DNA of 64,000 bases from a virus: the IMG/VR virus record IMGVR_UViG_3300037483_000947; one strand, written 5' to 3'. Within the stretch, counting starts at the first letter, position 1. The number at the start of each line of letters is the position of its first letter. This document shows, piece after piece, positions 56,601 through 62,231 of the stretch. Below the pieces are notes generated by a model that saw only the letters and a list, made by a program, of their open reading frames with translations, did not search any database and was not told the DNA's origin. Position numbers and translations under genes: made by a program.

Positions 56601-58281
56601 AGGTTATCTTTTCCTTCCCTTTGGGGAGGACAGGAGGGGCTATTCCCAATTCCTCTTCCGCTTCCTCAACACCCTCAATCTCCACCTTCTCAGGCAGTTT
56701 CTCTGTGGTCTCTGTGGCTATTTTTTCACTCTCCACTGGTTTTTCGGTTTCAATAAACTTCTTAGTCTCATCCTTTATCGAGGTCAGTGTTTCCTTTATA
56801 CCTTCACTCTCCAAATCCACCAGCTTCTGTGCATATTTCTTTTCCTGTTTCGTAGCATTAGGATCATTCATTATCTTCATCCCTGCACTGCCCAGTCCGC
56901 TCATCAATAACCCTGTCAGGAAACCTACCTCACCGCCTTCCAGAACCCCCTCTTTTAAGTCCCTGGATGCGTCATATAGCTGTTTAGCAGTGAGGTTCTT
57001 GCCAAACTGCTGAAACATCTCCTGAGCGCCTTCCTCAAAGCCCTGTTTAAACGATTCCAGGATAATTTGTTTTATCGGAGTCTTTGCAAACCTGCCTAAC
57101 CGGTCAAGAAAACGTGCTATCGGTGCCGCTTCTGTAGCGCCCAGCAGGATACCAATTATCCCTGATTGCAGTGCCTTCTTCTCACTGCCTGATACATTGT
57201 AAGCATTTTCAAATTCCTGCCCCGCCTGCGTCATACCACCCAATAATGCTACACTTACGCTCGGAGGCAGGTTAGCGCCCTTTGTCAGAAATGCGCCTGC
57301 TATAAATCCTGCCGTGGAACCGAATCCCTGAAACATCTGCACTCCCAGCATATCACGCACATTAGGATTAATTTTTGATGCTTCTTCAAGATGCTTGGAA
57401 ATCCCAACCCCGGTTTTGTATAAAATATTATCTTCCGGACGCGTGCCTGTGATTTTATTGAGCGGATAAGATGATACGCCGCCGAAGAACTTCAGCGGGT
57501 CAGCTAGTAGTGTGTTGAAAAAAGCATGTCCGAATGTATTTATAAAATCAAAGGGAACAGGTGTGAACTTCTTCTTTTCTATTCCCATCTCGCGCCTGAC
57601 ATAACGGTTCTTTTCGAGTTCTGTGCCCTTTAATAAATCCTCTGCGCCGCTGATGGCTTCACGCTCTTCTGCCGGAGTGAATGGTCTCTTATCATCATAT
57701 ACCTGCGGTTTCTTAATCTCGGTTCTTCCGATTTCCCTCGGAGCATTAAGTTCATCTCCAAATCCCAGTTTCCCACGCACATTTCTGAGTTTGTCCAGTA
57801 TCCGCTTTGTAGCGGTTTCCGGTTCCTTTGTTGATTCAACTATCGGCACATCAGGAGCAAGGCCTGAAACATACTCTTTCGGCGCTTCCCGCGTGATGCC
57901 TTCTACACTTCTTGCTGTTTCCGGTTCCTCTGTTACACCTGTTAATAGTTTTTTAAGAGCAATAATCTTTGGCAGAGCACCTGTCTTTGCAGTTGAAAGT
58001 ATATCAGCAGTTGTTCCCTCACCTCTTAAAATCTTGCCGGGACGCTGTAAATTGCCTTCTTCTATGATGTCCTGCGGTGATTTCAAAGAAATGGGATTCG
58101 CACCAAGCAAATTCTTCAGCATCTGCAATGAGTCACTCTTAGGTTTTTGAATAACCTCTTCCTGTTTCTGCTGCTGTAATTTCTGCCGTGCCCGCTCCTT
58201 TAACAGGTCAGAGGTAACATTTAAGCGTTTAAAGACATTCTCACGCCTTAAACCTGAATATTTGTCTTTGGTATCCGCCAT
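44680..58281 (-). CDS. giant polyvalent protein (4533 aa): ParB-like + SNF2 helicase + HExxH peptidase + three ART-like modules
   Basis: Single uninterrupted ORF. Domain motifs are listed in the sub-features. All plus-strand ORFs inside it look like antisense shadows. Confidence 0.85.
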   Translation of the reverse strand: MADTKDKYSGLRRENVFKRLNVTSDLLKERARQKLQQQKQEEVIQKPKSDSLQMLKNLLGANPISLKSPQDIIEEGNLQRPGKILRGEGTTADILSTAKTGALPKIIALKKLLTGVTEEPETARSVEGITREAPKEYVSGLAPDVPIVESTKEPETATKRILDKLRNVRGKLGFGDELNAPREIGRTEIKKPQVYDDKRPFTPAEEREAISGAEDLLKGTELEKNRYVRREMGIEKKKFTPVPFDFINTFGHAFFNTLLADPLKFFGGVSSYPLNKITGTRPEDNILYKTGVGISKHLEEASKINPNVRDMLGVQMFQGFGSTAGFIAGAFLTKGANLPPSVSVALLGGMTQAGQEFENAYNVSGSEKKALQSGIIGILLGATEAAPIARFLDRLGRFAKTPIKQIILESFKQGFEEGAQEMFQQFGKNLTAKQLYDASRDLKEGVLEGGEVGFLTGLLMSGLGSAGMKIMNDPNATKQEKKYAQKLVDLESEGIKETLTSIKDETKKFIETEKPVESEKIATETTEKLPEKVEIEGVEEAEEELGIAPPVLPKGKEKITSRKEREGAEEKPTTEGAEITPKQERRGIKAVWRRNKEGGQEIGNKQIIVKPTLEQFRDEILPRSRKGFYKGKTPEAQFKDFEAKNEGTDNPTVISLIDTGEGWKVDKVDGMNEIYNEIQVNKGKDWVKEVDDLNSKDATDFRKIADSELKKEVQNAETIRGNEEQIPRGGTTVEPGEEKSGKNLQLEEEEKPKPAETEQQTQIQHGKEDIGEVREESKKAKVKKQKEIEPEKTRMDYAVSMTKAEFEKADKESKIPWDSEFAGSEQIVLIKKAQKEGKTVPENILKDYPELKGETEKSEEIKETTVKEKKSVSQGEKVKKTEAFGEVELSAITKDLKNYQGRQGEEYSEQTYNRILNEEKEGKFVRSSMPPILVYERKNGTFELLAGHSRLAAFESLAKANDDFKTIPTQFIRETDGVTFEQAKKIAQESNQGAVQKVTDNALYFRKIREGIESTTEIRQKAKDLYGNNATYIIELSYLNPKGKTFQSLVAMAKAEDKDTQERLGTVASWVGAVRQRISRKITDSHENEMFDYLMDEKNYQKFKLKSGFIDKITDIVENPEYDRTKPLNLPQTAELTTAEREYKRRLNQLAAELKEKEAELKSRRNELVGKQKEKGYTNEDINRVLEPVRNEIIAIEQERDELQKQEGKYKQAGESEIGLFGGPTVEPKKVQFAETDDEKQKVLDEIDRLKQEAIRKSGIGDKGTEGNVMFQKELTESSPFKKWFGDSKVVDENGKPLVVYHGTGKNFTEFDKNKLQFFFTDDPEIASLYSKSVGSPNIMPVYLKIKRPFVKDYDKEYYAVPDIAADIEEAIKNNNDGLILYNTENVGNIYIALEPTQIKSATGNVGTFDASNPNILFQKDETEGIEPENLQILADHLTFNYIKLGNFRIQQVAERLIDDGLPQLLPYLKHSYKNFKAGTDVSLPVLNSLDDEKLIEKFDPEKFREGYILSTYEGRTGQTEGGLPASEGERVSGRPAVSPADRGEGGRGRPPLRYANTENLPEITKEHVVKGKYDVDEHQRYGINLALQRFLTYLKKAFLLADGTGVGKTREELVIADQVKKQTGGKILIVTESTRVIKESFVPEARRTNIALSDFEVGSYTELRDKKIGTGQYALAIFDESHNLKNIDSGKSDAARKVKTERYLYATATPMDQVTQAAYYLADITDRPLHEITNELGFNIVEQKDFFGARTRYVSAMKPGITPDMVVDNVLKLRNEAIKNGAMIRREYPFYGEIKEKNLGLDADTLTKQTMIDEFYQQKIDWIKKQVKYGRISREEGKGIMMAYGSKRKDELWHLTEPLKAEYVFQQTVKDLEAGKQVVIVGSFYSESVLSSIGGNVEAFIPIIERKLTEAGIKFGRAYGSKEKRTMEGIDDFQAGDIKVLVMTTKTGGIGINLDDVVGDAPRSVYVASPDYAGDVFDQLKGRFSRRNTKSPGEVHLIYFSDSIVDTKRKDILNRKLRTLYAIQKGEDIETGGIATDVEGLGPEGNIMMQKDIEKSRKQIHTKNFKDWFGDWQNDPENASKVVDAEGKPLVVYHGTGDFYNDIFKKGLNYFSSADYATLFAGLPEWGQKPQLLPVYLNIKNPLDITDLGIKKISAKKFINYLKSKNIKLNEAQEEALLSDSPDEPWFYLNRSGMFLVTNIKNAGFDGIVQLERIKGLTGSNKSYITFEPTQIKSATGNKGIFSPTNPNILQQKEEFTTNRNVYLKALQEEEIRLQKRLETAEWKMDEMSEYDNVSRRLSEVRREIYNVQQELAGVKPAEPEFGDDQMKLFAQTDRGINYKRVGADYLHAVSKRINRNMKDKGVKWQVNENAEIVKVLNKKGYKSITEDDSPRGFFDMDTKIAHLNADKATEDTPVHEFGHGWLGWIKSEHVGFYKAGLKLMSEDEAMMEQILIKYPEQEFGKPLYGDYSEKALNEGLAHLIGYDGADIISGMIETEDKLYAKKQSWLRELWNYIQEWFNGIFGTPAKPVRRMTLGEFTKMAARDIVEGTGITADEKLMMNAINAGRSLNLRPFDYAQGVPFSRGQFAEPFYSQLERVAGDKVSNNSSPEQVLKTLRNNGVKEDEIKWMGLEEWMGSRKDAKVAKNELMEFIANNKLVVEEKVLGENNLAGLEKQWEKAASDVNHWVNSPKNKRSDKDFEKEEELRDIRDSLRDQIDELKTTPNQETKFSQWQLPGGENYREWLFKVAEIEYEEPHYHEKGIIAHGRGNDRILTDGKKMLFIEEVQSQLHQTGRKAGYGLPAEDKFTIDIVEKTGDKFYQAFVDGTEYLWPVENHTRAEFRLWVRSKIGAERVPNAPMKKTWHEFVLKNLIRKAAEEGYDAVGWTLGKDQIDRYNEALRQNIDKLIWFKNADDKVNVQGQKKGVKSFDEIIPLEGTTHIAGKTVDLEDVVGKRIAKQIREDIAKDEIDGVFEGENLAIGGEGMQVFYDEMLPNFVNKYVKKWGGKVEDGEVKTKEMSDDMFNKYHQTYQDDYRDSNFQGTFTKWMKENHPDINTDEYKPIHSLTITPEMKADVLYKGQAMFQKAKLTTEEQRSRQIYTPEFKKWFGDWEKKDATESTEVSKVVDAEGKPLVVYHYTSATVDFNRFKRRMNDIGIHFGTMGQANDRYAYMNNRVEGKTNQRIFPVYLKINKPLRIEDVGWFDGDNVAWGLKETGLFTETELKYARSQNAGQWTKNLRELIESKGFDGMVYKNTGEVSGSDVLNEKRMNMNLPSKERNIAEKQYQEFIKNNAEDSYIAFHPTQIKSATGNRGTFDAGNPNILFQKDGVPPPPEGFNVRKNLTISDKMFDKNIDKLVKIGAKVIRDNPVLSREGRIETEGRKDRAGGPESTPKTEFKTIVNGLFSNSTKKPFVLSDEQAEKLYNASVKKLADAEKEEKEKAVEFEKRTEEVFSRKGAKTAEVKSEKGEGTVNELLKAAGIGLSGMDNFFEKFVGGPVRRKIEKSIDKIALIRKLTDQFGTIPDKEAFKELWSEMNAGVQRYKQLAKEIGDSLYYRNIAAKEKYLFVEQRKLEQLIRGGVNQGSYLTIEPNEQNGLKSSIRIDLKDLNQRAERVKKLTIELKKLGEMYEVLPVETYNTKLPRKRIHELLTEKAQFEAELQGLIGKSKKAEGKNEEEIDPLVDEIRANPKFRPRTKFEQKVKKLVDEIDIRDRKVKNSFKKGQEGYFKRVYLTKEQERTLRKYGYIKPTRLDLTSAMYRTDIPVRVRVRMGEILTAAYPVAKSILLEGKDISIGRFFEAVAENPAWASESAVEGWTAVDKNNKKLGKLKGMWVEPEVWKHLDEIAEMSSQDYSEKFLKQITQMWKQVKVPMNPPTAFRNFYTAVIMCDMYGTTIFDQMRFLPEAIREMRGKGKYAAQLDFLRGSTYVAGELEKFLDIFEEYANRETGGWDGFKNLSRTGKFLKMLGLATLVDTRVGKGARWLYQGNEVLFKTILFLHSKEKGQSDSDAIKMANKVMYDYNDIPRWLLRFRESIFGMPFVTWTWKTIPRMIEASITRPIGFWKYPVMFYAITQYALAALGMTDDEWEDIKRDLPDRMKLGQWMLIPWRDRDGQIQLLDLTFIMPYNDIYQLAISGYSLATTGESPTGAFLVETLGNIMMNPVFTTSAEIATNYNRYTRHTIWNDADKPGEKYLKAMDYIYKMWMPSWYPEIPGMTRGGYVYDKLRSAITKRPDYYGRVFDIEPAVTSAIFGLKVNPVSQIKNIDDQIKKRNGKLSDLYQKKAATLRDDSLTKEKRLEKSAEIDEEIGKLKKEVEDYEKEKTPTSFEGMLLDKYIRELQRKQNELKEGNPEKERLAEEINSLKIDLDVLVQERFVPEQIGIEEVKQNVIKKFDFSKLFKSIKRDIEEGIKEDDNGIIKENRDLLKTMSEKRGVPEKHQKEALDLYSKFDKYIGLREKVYEINKVFEESGLKQIDGKFYQYKVSDQEEKDLKIDKMRVLELLSNRQSVIERQFRDKKITKEERKIQRQAALDAWNKVKKIK
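48312..48990 (-). other. ART-like module 3 of giant protein
   Basis: FKKWFGDWEKK..VVDAEGKPLVVYHYTS..FPVYLKINKPL..GFDGMVYKN..AFHPTQIKSATGNRGTFDAGNPNILFQKD. Confidence 0.55.
51019..51033 (-). other. HExxH zinc-metallopeptidase motif in giant protein
   Basis: TPVHEFGHGWLGW; the HEFGH codons were read directly. Confidence 0.5.
51520..52105 (-). other. ART-like module 2 of giant protein
   Basis: FKDWFGDWQND..VVDAEGKPLVVYHGTG..NYFSS..LPVYLNIKNPL..GFDGIVQLE..TFEPTQIKSATGNKGIFSPTNPNILQQKE. Confidence 0.55.
52285..53560 (-). other. SNF2/DEAD-like helicase module of giant protein
   Basis: LLADGTGVGKT (motif I), LAIFDESHNLKN (motif II), TKTGGIGINLDD, QLKGRFSRRN (motif VI-like). Confidence 0.7.
54022..54450 (-). 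other. ART-like module 1 of giant protein
   Basis: FKKWFGDSKVVDENGKPLVVYHGTG..FFFTD..MPVYLKIKRPF..ALEPTQIKSATGNVGTFDASNPNILFQKD. Confidence 0.55.
55360..55590 (-). other. ParB/sulfiredoxin-like nuclease module of giant protein
   Basis: PPILVYERKNGTFELLAGHSRLAAFESL is a ParB-type GxxR box context. Confidence 0.6.
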
Positions 58282-58293
58282 TAATTTGGATTC

Positions 58294-59781
58294 TTAATAA
58301 GGCCAGTTAATTTTAGAAACGAACTCATCTACCCGCTTGTAAGCATCTTCCAAAACATCACCCGGGATGTGGCCTTCTAAGCTGCCCATCCACGTATAAA
58401 CACCCTCCAGCACCGACATTGCATTCAGCTTTGCATCCTCACTTTTCTGCCTCTGCATCTGGCTCAGTGCATTATTGAATTCACCGTAAAACTTACCCAG
58501 CTCATCCACCATAAACTTTTGGTCGTCACCCAGATTCTTGTAAGTTTCCTCATCTATTCCTGAGCCTACGCTGGTTTCCGTTATTAGTTCATCCAATTCA
58601 CTTGGTGCATTTGCTATCAAATCAGCCAGTTCATCACTCACCTCTTCATCTAAATATGACCTGTAATCACTGATTCCTTTCAGTTCACCCGCTGTGAACT
58701 TTAATAAATCCTCTTTTGATAAACTCTTCAGCTTCTCCGGAGTCCACTTGCTGAAATCAGTATTCTTTGAACTGCCTGTATAACCTCGTCTCCCTGTAGG
58801 CGTGTAAACCCCTGTTTTATCTCTTTTATCTTTGTAGGAACTATAATCTTCCATCTCCTTTTTATTCAGTTCCGCCTTCTTCTCAATCACCCACTCGCCG
58901 TTCTGATAAACCCATTCACCGTGATAGGGATTACCTTCGGAGTCCTCAAATACTTTCCAGTTCTTTGTTGTTGGAGGCTTTTCCTTATTGGCATATTTAA
59001 CAGAATGAACGTTGAGGGGATTGTAAGGGTCAAAATAAACCACTTCACCGCTTTCTTTATCAACATAGGTTTCAAACTTTGTCTTTTCCGGTTCCTGAAG
59101 AAGCATTGACTGTAACTCTTTCCCGAATTGCTCTTCATATTGATTCCCCATTGAGCCTGATGAACGCAGCATAGGTCCGTATTTTAGTGCGAGGTTTTCA
59201 AGTATTTTATTGAAATCCGCAACCTCGCCTTCTTTACCTGCGTTTTGAGTGAAAAACTCTGTATCTTCGTCAGTGAATCCCGCCATTTTATAACGTGCCT
59301 GCTCCAGTTCCTCTTTTGTCATTGGCACCTGCTTCTTGCCGGTTTTGAACGCATTGGGATAATTTTTTAAAAACTCTTCCTTTTTCCCCAGCGTAGTCAA
59401 ATAATCGTCAAAAGTAACCTCTTTTGTGTATTCCTTGGTTTTCGGGTCTGTGTATCTGTCCATGTAATCAGTGTAATCACGTAATTCCTGGGGGATCTGT
59501 TCTTCGGGCAGCATATCGAAATAATCTACATTTGGCACAGAAATATCCTCTTCCCTGAACTCTGGAAGTTCCGCTCCTGTGGTTTGAGCTAATTTCTGGC
59601 GGAGTGTTCCAACCCGGTTCAAATCATCAAATTGCTGTTTATACTGTTTTAACTCATTTACAGCCTTTTCATAGTTATCATACCGGGTAATATCGGATAC
59701 ATTCCCCTGTAACTCGTTTATAGGACCCGCATACTTTGACCAGAAATCCTGTGACTCGCCCCTTGGTATTCTTATTGGCAT
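58294..59781 (-). CDS. hypothetical virion-module protein
   Basis: 495-aa acidic ORF directly upstream of the giant gene. Confidence 0.55.
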   Translation of the reverse strand: MPIRIPRGESQDFWSKYAGPINELQGNVSDITRYDNYEKAVNELKQYKQQFDDLNRVGTLRQKLAQTTGAELPEFREEDISVPNVDYFDMLPEEQIPQELRDYTDYMDRYTDPKTKEYTKEVTFDDYLTTLGKKEEFLKNYPNAFKTGKKQVPMTKEELEQARYKMAGFTDEDTEFFTQNAGKEGEVADFNKILENLALKYGPMLRSSGSMGNQYEEQFGKELQSMLLQEPEKTKFETYVDKESGEVVYFDPYNPLNVHSVKYANKEKPPTTKNWKVFEDSEGNPYHGEWVYQNGEWVIEKKAELNKKEMEDYSSYKDKRDKTGVYTPTGRRGYTGSSKNTDFSKWTPEKLKSLSKEDLLKFTAGELKGISDYRSYLDEEVSDELADLIANAPSELDELITETSVGSGIDEETYKNLGDDQKFMVDELGKFYGEFNNALSQMQRQKSEDAKLNAMSVLEGVYTWMGSLEGHIPGDVLEDAYKRVDEFVSKINWPY

Positions 59782-59807
59782 AGTTTCCTCAATTCGTGTA
59801 AATTCTT

Positions 59808-60551
59808 TTAGCGTATTCGGAACCGCTTTTTTAACCCTGCTTCGGGTAATAATTTGTCTGATAAACCTAGTTTGTCTAATAAACCCGAATAATCGTAATT
59901 CTCACCCTCACCCATACCCAGTAAATTACCGGTTGAGAGCATACTTTTCTCTGGACTCAAAAATCCGTAGTCACCGCCCATACCCATATTCCCATCGTTT
60001 CCCAGATTATCCATTCCGGTTGTTATCGGAGTGCCGTCAGTCCCTCCCATTCCCATCCCTGTTGCTTTCGGGTCCAGAAATCCCAGCGCTTTCCCAAAAC
60101 CCATTCCGAGGTTAGCCCCTTCAATAGCTCCCCCCATAAACCGGCTGAAACCGCCTTCAGGTTCTTCCACCCCTGCTTCCAACTCACCAATATTATCTTC
60201 TACCGAGGCATTGAGCGCCGCGGTTCTCGTATCAATAGCGCTTTTCTCACCGATATTGCCCTCTATCAAATCCTCTTCATTGCTGTAAATACTGCCAATA
60301 GGGTCCATTCCGCGTGATGTGAGTTTTGAGTTCAAAGCCCCGCGCCTGTCTGTTACCCTTCCGCTGAAAGTTCTGTCACTTTGCAGCTTCTCAGTCCCGG
60401 CTTGCTGCAGATTACGCGCAATCTGCGCCCTGAGCGCCTTTATGGCTGCCTGGCGCTGTTTATTCCGCTTCTCTTCCTCAGAGTCACCAAACAGGCTTGA
60501 AAACCCTTTAATCCCTGCTCCTATAAGCGCACTTGTTATAATAGGTTCCAT
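59808..60551 (-). CDS. Gly/Met-rich hypothetical protein
   Basis: 247 aa with GMGMGGTDGT..GNDGNMGMGGDYGF low-complexity tracts. Confidence 0.5.
   Translation of the reverse strand: MEPIITSALIGAGIKGFSSLFGDSEEEKRNKQRQAAIKALRAQIARNLQQAGTEKLQSDRTFSGRVTDRRGALNSKLTSRGMDPIGSIYSNEEDLIEGNIGEKSAIDTRTAALNASVEDNIGELEAGVEEPEGGFSRFMGGAIEGANLGMGFGKALGFLDPKATGMGMGGTDGTPITTGMDNLGNDGNMGMGGDYGFLSPEKSMLSTGNLLGMGEGENYDYSGLLDKLGLSDKLLPEAGLKKRFRIR
59814..59824 (-). promoter_or_regulatory. recurrent motif variant GGTTCCGAATA
   Basis: Lies in the last codons of 59808-60551, about 35 nt before the next start (59781). Confidence 0.35.
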
Positions 60552-60808
60552 TATACTTCCTCCTCCTTATTTGAAATTCCCACAGGGTCATATTTTTCTA
60601 GTTCTCCGGGGAAAAAATATTGTGTTCCACCGTCACCGTGAGCACAGCTAACCGTGTGCTGGCTAACTTTCCCGTCATCATCAATTCCAGTTATTACAAA
60701 GCCAATTACTATCATCGGCTTATCCGGCGTGGTTTTATGGCAAACCTTCTCATACTGCTTAAATTTTGTTATCAGTAGTATTGAATTTTCTATTTCGTTT
60801 CTGCCCAT
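60551..60808 (-). CDS. hypothetical protein
   Basis: 85-aa ORF with a TAATG overlap to the next gene. Confidence 0.45.
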   Translation of the reverse strand: MGRNEIENSILLITKFKQYEKVCHKTTPDKPMIVIGFVITGIDDDGKVSQHTVSCAHGDGGTQYFFPGELEKYDPVGISNKEEEV

Positions 60809-60879
60809 TTTCGTTATTTTTTAAAATACCCTGTTAAAGGTAGAATATTTTTTTAAACTCTGTATTATATTGCTCCACT

Positions 60880-61200
60880 ATGAAAAAATACATTAGCTTC
60901 TTTATTATTTTCATCATACTTGTTTCCGTTTTCGTTGCTTACTACTCTGCTGTTCCTGAATCTGCTTACGGTTATTGTTATAAAGCTGACCTCAAACTCC
61001 CCCCATCTTTCCGTTGTGTATATACCATTAAAGATGCTATTAGGGGACACCTTATACAAAATGCTCTTAAAAACAACCCCCTCAAAAAAACCATCAAAGT
61101 GTGGGATGATGATGAACTTATCACAATTATCCGCACCGGCAAAAACTCATATACTGTTACCGATAAGCTCGGTTCGTATTCAACTGAAGAAATAGACTGA
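60880..61200 (+). CDS. opposite-strand small membrane/secreted protein (moron-like)
   Basis: MKKYISFFIIFIILVSVFVAYYSAV leader. Only plus-strand gene in the late block. The overlapping ORFs 60865-61059, 60920-61195 and 60978-61220 are judged spurious. Confidence 0.5.
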   Translation: MKKYISFFIIFIILVSVFVAYYSAVPESAYGYCYKADLKLPPSFRCVYTIKDAIRGHLIQNALKNNPLKKTIKVWDDDELITIIRTGKNSYTVTDKLGSYSTEEID

Positions 61201-61204
61201 TTAT

Positions 61205-62227
61205 TTATTTCTTTGCCCATAACGGAAGTTTATTAATTAAATTTCTGAATAATTTATCCTGTTTTTTCTTAACCCCATATTTTAATGTTTGCCCCTCTGG
61301 CCCGGTGATATACTGAGCACCCCATGGAACAAATGGTTCCCTGTCCTGTGGTGATGGTTCAACTACATCAGGATGCGAGTGAATATTAAACCCCTCCGAA
61401 AAATCTTTCTCCCTGAAATCTGTCATGTTCCGCGTCTGGGGAATATCAACTGACCCCAATATTCCCTCTGAGAGCATTTCAGGCGTGGTATCTTCACCAA
61501 TCATCCAGTTAAATCCTGTATTAGGCGTATATTTGAATCCCGTTTCTCTTGTCATAACATCAGGGAGATTTTTATTTAAATAATTTAATCCTCCTACGGG
61601 CACACGGCCCAGCATTTTATTTAATATTTGTCTCTTTGTATTGCCTGTTAAACTTTGGTCTTTTGGATTTTTTACCGGCTGTAATTGCATATTTGTCAGG
61701 AAAAAATCTTTGAATAAATCGGAAGCATAAGTATTATTTGAAACTTTACCCTTTGAAATAGCGTCAAGATTTGCCTGCTCCTCTTCGTCAACAGGCACAA
61801 AATCGCTTCCGTAAAAGTTTCTCATCTTCCGCCGTTTTGAACTTTTATCCGTATAATTAGCTAAGATTGCAGGAATTTTATTTTCTTCAATCGTTTCGCC
61901 AAACATACGTTCGCCCTCACCCCCAGCTCCGCCCATGCCTTCTCTGCCCGGTTTCCCTTGAGCTTCACCCATTCTTCTTTTCAGTGTGCCCCAATTCAGT
62001 TTTTCGTTGATAGGCTGCTCATCTTCCAATCCATTTTCCAGTAACGGATTATGGAGATTTTCCATATAATCAACATCATTTAAAAAATCATCTCTTTCAC
62101 TGTTAAACTGGTCTTCTAACCTCCCAAGCAGGTTGCCAAATAACGGTTTCCGCTCCTCGCTAGGGTCCATCCCGGCATCAGCTTTGACCCTGCTTAATAA
62201 CTTCAATATTTCTTCGCGATTTCGCAT
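61205..62227 (-). CDS. hypothetical protein with C-terminal JAB/MPN-like motif
   Basis: SEGILGS, then about 25 aa, then NIHSHPDVVEPSPQD (61343-61381). This is H-x-H-x6-S-x2-D, one residue shorter than canonical JAMM. Confidence 0.4.
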   Translation of the reverse strand: MRNREEILKLLSRVKADAGMDPSEERKPLFGNLLGRLEDQFNSERDDFLNDVDYMENLHNPLLENGLEDEQPINEKLNWGTLKRRMGEAQGKPGREGMGGAGGEGERMFGETIEENKIPAILANYTDKSSKRRKMRNFYGSDFVPVDEEEQANLDAISKGKVSNNTYASDLFKDFFLTNMQLQPVKNPKDQSLTGNTKRQILNKMLGRVPVGGLNYLNKNLPDVMTRETGFKYTPNTGFNWMIGEDTTPEMLSEGILGSVDIPQTRNMTDFREKDFSEGFNIHSHPDVVEPSPQDREPFVPWGAQYITGPEGQTLKYGVKKKQDKLFRNLINKLPLWAKK

Positions 62228-62231
62228 TTTT

